A stretch of 64,000 bases of DNA from Nitrospirota bacterium (GTDB lineage: Bacteria; Nitrospirota; UBA9217): contig CAVUCU010000001.1 in assembly GCA_963740085.1 (NCBI GenBank), forward strand, positions 1,440,001 to 1,504,000, given 5' to 3'. The notes under the pieces are model-generated. The model worked only from the letters and a program-made list of their open reading frames with translations. It made no database searches and was not told the DNA's origin. The first letter of the stretch is position 1; each line of letters begins with the position of its first letter. The translations under genes and the position numbers were made by a program. Positions 61,771 to 64,000 of the stretch are shown piece by piece.

Positions 61771-62688
61771 TCAGACGGATACCGAACACCGCGGATCAGG
61801 GGCGGTCAGGTCCCCGGAAAGGACCAGTGCCTGGGCCGGACAACCACCGTGGCATTGTCCATGAAACTCACAGGCCCGCTGCTGGCAGGCATTTCCGCGA
61901 AAGGTCCTGAAGAATACAAGCGCCTGGCTCCGCCAGATGGATTCGAAAGGATCGGTCAGGATGTTTCCCAGGAAGAATTCTTTTCTGCCGAAAAAAAGAT
62001 TGCAGGGATAAACCGACCCGTCCGGCATGATCCCAAGCTTCGTAGTGCCCGCGGGACATCTGACCTGCGAGAGCTCCGGAAGGTTTTTTGTATCAGGGAC
62101 GAAGCCGGAGCAGTAAACCGTATCGATAGGGTGCGGCGCGAACGACTGCGCGACAACCCTCATGAAGCGCGGAAACGGAACTGTTTCGCGGAGGTCCGCG
62201 CCGTCCAGGGCGTCACGATAGATCAGGTAGAACTTTTTCGGCTTCAGGGCGAGGATCTCGTCGATCATGCCGCGGTCCAGTCCGGCATGAAAGACCGACT
62301 TGATGACCGGCTTATGCCTTTCAATGAAGCCGCGGACCTGCTCAAGCGTATTACGGTCATTGATCGAGACCCCGGCCGAGACCGCCTCGCCGATCCGCAC
62401 GATTTCCGCGAGGGTCTGCAGGTCTGATCCGTTCGTACTGACGTTGACCGAGAATCCGCGCTCAACAGCCTCCCCGATCAACTTCACGATGTCCGGATGC
62501 ATTGTCGGCTCGCCGCCGATGATATCGAGTGTACCCACCGATATTCGCGCAAGCACATCGAGCATCTCCCTGAAGGCGGCGGGAGACATGTCCTCGACCG
62601 AAGGTAGGGACCGGTTAAAGCAGAACTCGCAGGCCCGGTTGCACCGCAGCGTGGGGTAGAATTGTATGTAGTCGGGACCGGTTCTCAT
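61771..62688 (-). CDS. Radical SAM/SPASM domain protein
   Basis: CNRACEFC, GGEP, CPAG..IMPDGSVYPC, Cys-rich C-terminus ending CHGGC. Confidence 0.9.
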   Translation of the reverse strand: MRTGPDYIQFYPTLRCNRACEFCFNRSLPSVEDMSPAAFREMLDVLARISVGTLDIIGGEPTMHPDIVKLIGEAVERGFSVNVSTNGSDLQTLAEIVRIGEAVSAGVSINDRNTLEQVRGFIERHKPVIKSVFHAGLDRGMIDEILALKPKKFYLIYRDALDGADLRETVPFPRFMRVVAQSFAPHPIDTVYCSGFVPDTKNLPELSQVRCPAGTTKLGIMPDGSVYPCNLFFGRKEFFLGNILTDPFESIWRSQALVFFRTFRGNACQQRACEFHGQCHGGCPAQALVLSGDLTAPDPRCSVSV

Positions 62689-62744
62689 AAGAGTATTCTT
62701 GTCACGGATCTACACGATCCGTGCTAATCGGCGTCCATCCGTGG

Positions 62745-63566
62745 TTACATGCCGTAGGTCCTTCCGTTCTTTTTGATGAACCCTTCTTTCGCGAGCAATA
62801 CGAGATTCGTCCTCACCCGCTCTTTGTCCATGCCGGTCTTTGCTGCAACTTGACCCAGCGTGAGGGGCGATTCTTTTACGAGAACCTTGATGATCCTGCC
62901 GCGGATCTGCCTGTTTGAATTCTCGAAAGGGCTCTGTTTTATATAGTGCGCGCTTCTCCGATTAGGATTGACCCGGTTTCTCTTGAGCATTGCCCCGTAA
63001 TCCATGAGTGCATTGTACCATTTCCTCGGATTCCCGGCATCCATCGTCTGTTCAACGAGCGGAGTTATTTCCGAATCCTGGATGTTCTCCCGGTCATGAA
63101 AGAACTCATGGATATATACCCGCCGGATGTTCGTGTCCATGAACACGACCGGCTCGTTAAAGGCAAATGCCGTGACCGCCCCCGCCGTATACCTCCCGAT
63201 CCCCGGAAGGGCGAGGAGCTTTTCAGGCTCTGACGGAAGCTTGCCTCGATGTTCTGAAACGACCAGTTGAGCGAGCGCGCGAAGCGCGAGAGCGCGGCGA
63301 TTGTACCCCAGTCCCTGCCACTGGGCGAGCAGCGTATGGAGCGGCGCGTCGGCAAGCGACGGGAAATCCGGGAACATCTTGATGAACCCCGCGTATTTTT
63401 CGATCACCCGTTCGACCTGCGTCTGCTGCAGCATGATCTCGGACACGAGGACCCGGTAGGGGTCCCTGGTCTTCCGCCAGGGGAGGTCGCGGCCGTGTTG
63501 GTCGTAATAGGCGTGGACCTTTTTTCGGAATACGCGGACCTGTACGGGAGTAAGGCGTTTTTGCAT
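62745..63566 (-). CDS. A/G-specific adenine glycosylase (MutY-like, HhH-GPD); start uncertain
   Basis: RDLPWR, VSEIMLQQTQV, WQGLGYNRRA, LPGIGRYTA, DTNIRR. Confidence 0.88.
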   Translation of the reverse strand: MQKRLTPVQVRVFRKKVHAYYDQHGRDLPWRKTRDPYRVLVSEIMLQQTQVERVIEKYAGFIKMFPDFPSLADAPLHTLLAQWQGLGYNRRALALRALAQLVVSEHRGKLPSEPEKLLALPGIGRYTAGAVTAFAFNEPVVFMDTNIRRVYIHEFFHDRENIQDSEITPLVEQTMDAGNPRKWYNALMDYGAMLKRNRVNPNRRSAHYIKQSPFENSNRQIRGRIIKVLVKESPLTLGQVAAKTGMDKERVRTNLVLLAKEGFIKKNGRTYGM

Positions 63567-63629
63567 GATAAGCCTGTGCAAGACCGGATCTTTCTTGCCG
63601 GTTAGCGCTCTGACAGTCAATTGGACTGG

Positions 63630-64000
63630 TTACCTTTTTTTGAGCAAGACATACAGCGCGCCGAGGCCGCCGTCGCACTGACGCGCGGTGACAAACGCTA
63701 TGATGTTCTTGCGGTAGCGGCCGGACAGTCGTTTGACAACCGCATTTTTGATTCGGGCGCCCTTGGTCGAGCGAAGCCCCCGGCCGTGAATGACCTTGAT
63801 GCAGCTCAATCCCCTTTTGTATGACTCCTGGAAAAAGGATTCAAGTTCCTCTTCCGCCTCGGGGACCGTGCAGCCATGGAGATCAATAAAGGCCTGGACC
63901 GAAACGTGTCCTTCATGAAGTTTCGCTATGAGTTCATCGCCATACTCCGGATTCGTCCACTCGACGTACTCCTGGGTATCCGGCAGGTGCATCGGCCGCT
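63630..64000 (-). CDS. Smr/MutS2 C-terminal domain endonuclease, 5' end outside window
   Basis: IDLHG, VIHGRG, GGLGALYVLL. Confidence 0.9.
   Translation of the reverse strand, partial: RPMHLPDTQEYVEWTNPEYGDELIAKLHEGHVSVQAFIDLHGCTVPEAEEELESFFQESYKRGLSCIKVIHGRGLRSTKGARIKNAVVKRLSGRYRKNIIAFVTARQCDGGLGALYVLLKKR

Noticed and set aside
61771-62688. Radical SAM/SPASM gene as a RiPP cluster
   Set aside because: No precursor peptide, peptidase or transporter nearby; neighbours are repair and housekeeping genes

Overview
Bacterial DNA, roughly 55-58% GC by eye. Gene content suggests a Nitrospirota/Desulfobacterota-like organism (inference). Intact housekeeping-type genes sit at both ends (DUF748 protein, B12 radical SAM, nupC-like transporter; acyltransferase, bactofilin, prfC, trpB2, Lrp-like, radical SAM/SPASM, MutY-like, Smr). 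Between them is a ~46-kb block (6.0-52.1 kb) in which every credible gene is on the minus strand. It looks like a general-stress and signalling island: CheB-CheR fusion, PAS-GGDEF-EAL, PAS kinases, RpoS-like sigma, sigma54 activator, BON/CsbD/DUF883/YihY, many tiny membrane proteins and lipoproteins, an AOX-like protein and an ice-binding DUF3494 protein. About ten of these genes are broken by frameshifts or in-frame stops. The most unusual part is 56.8-61.8 kb. Two inverted ISL3-type non-autonomous elements (one with a perfect 8-bp target duplication) bracket trpB2-lrp, and each carries two ~183-206-nt long-hairpin cassettes. Three of these cassettes are homologues that show compensatory base changes. 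The fourth is the insertion target of an intact IS1111-group IS110 element whose downstream non-coding RNA contains guide segments matching both its own circle junction and this exact target (bridge/seek RNA). No rRNA, tRNA, CRISPR array or reverse transcriptase was seen.
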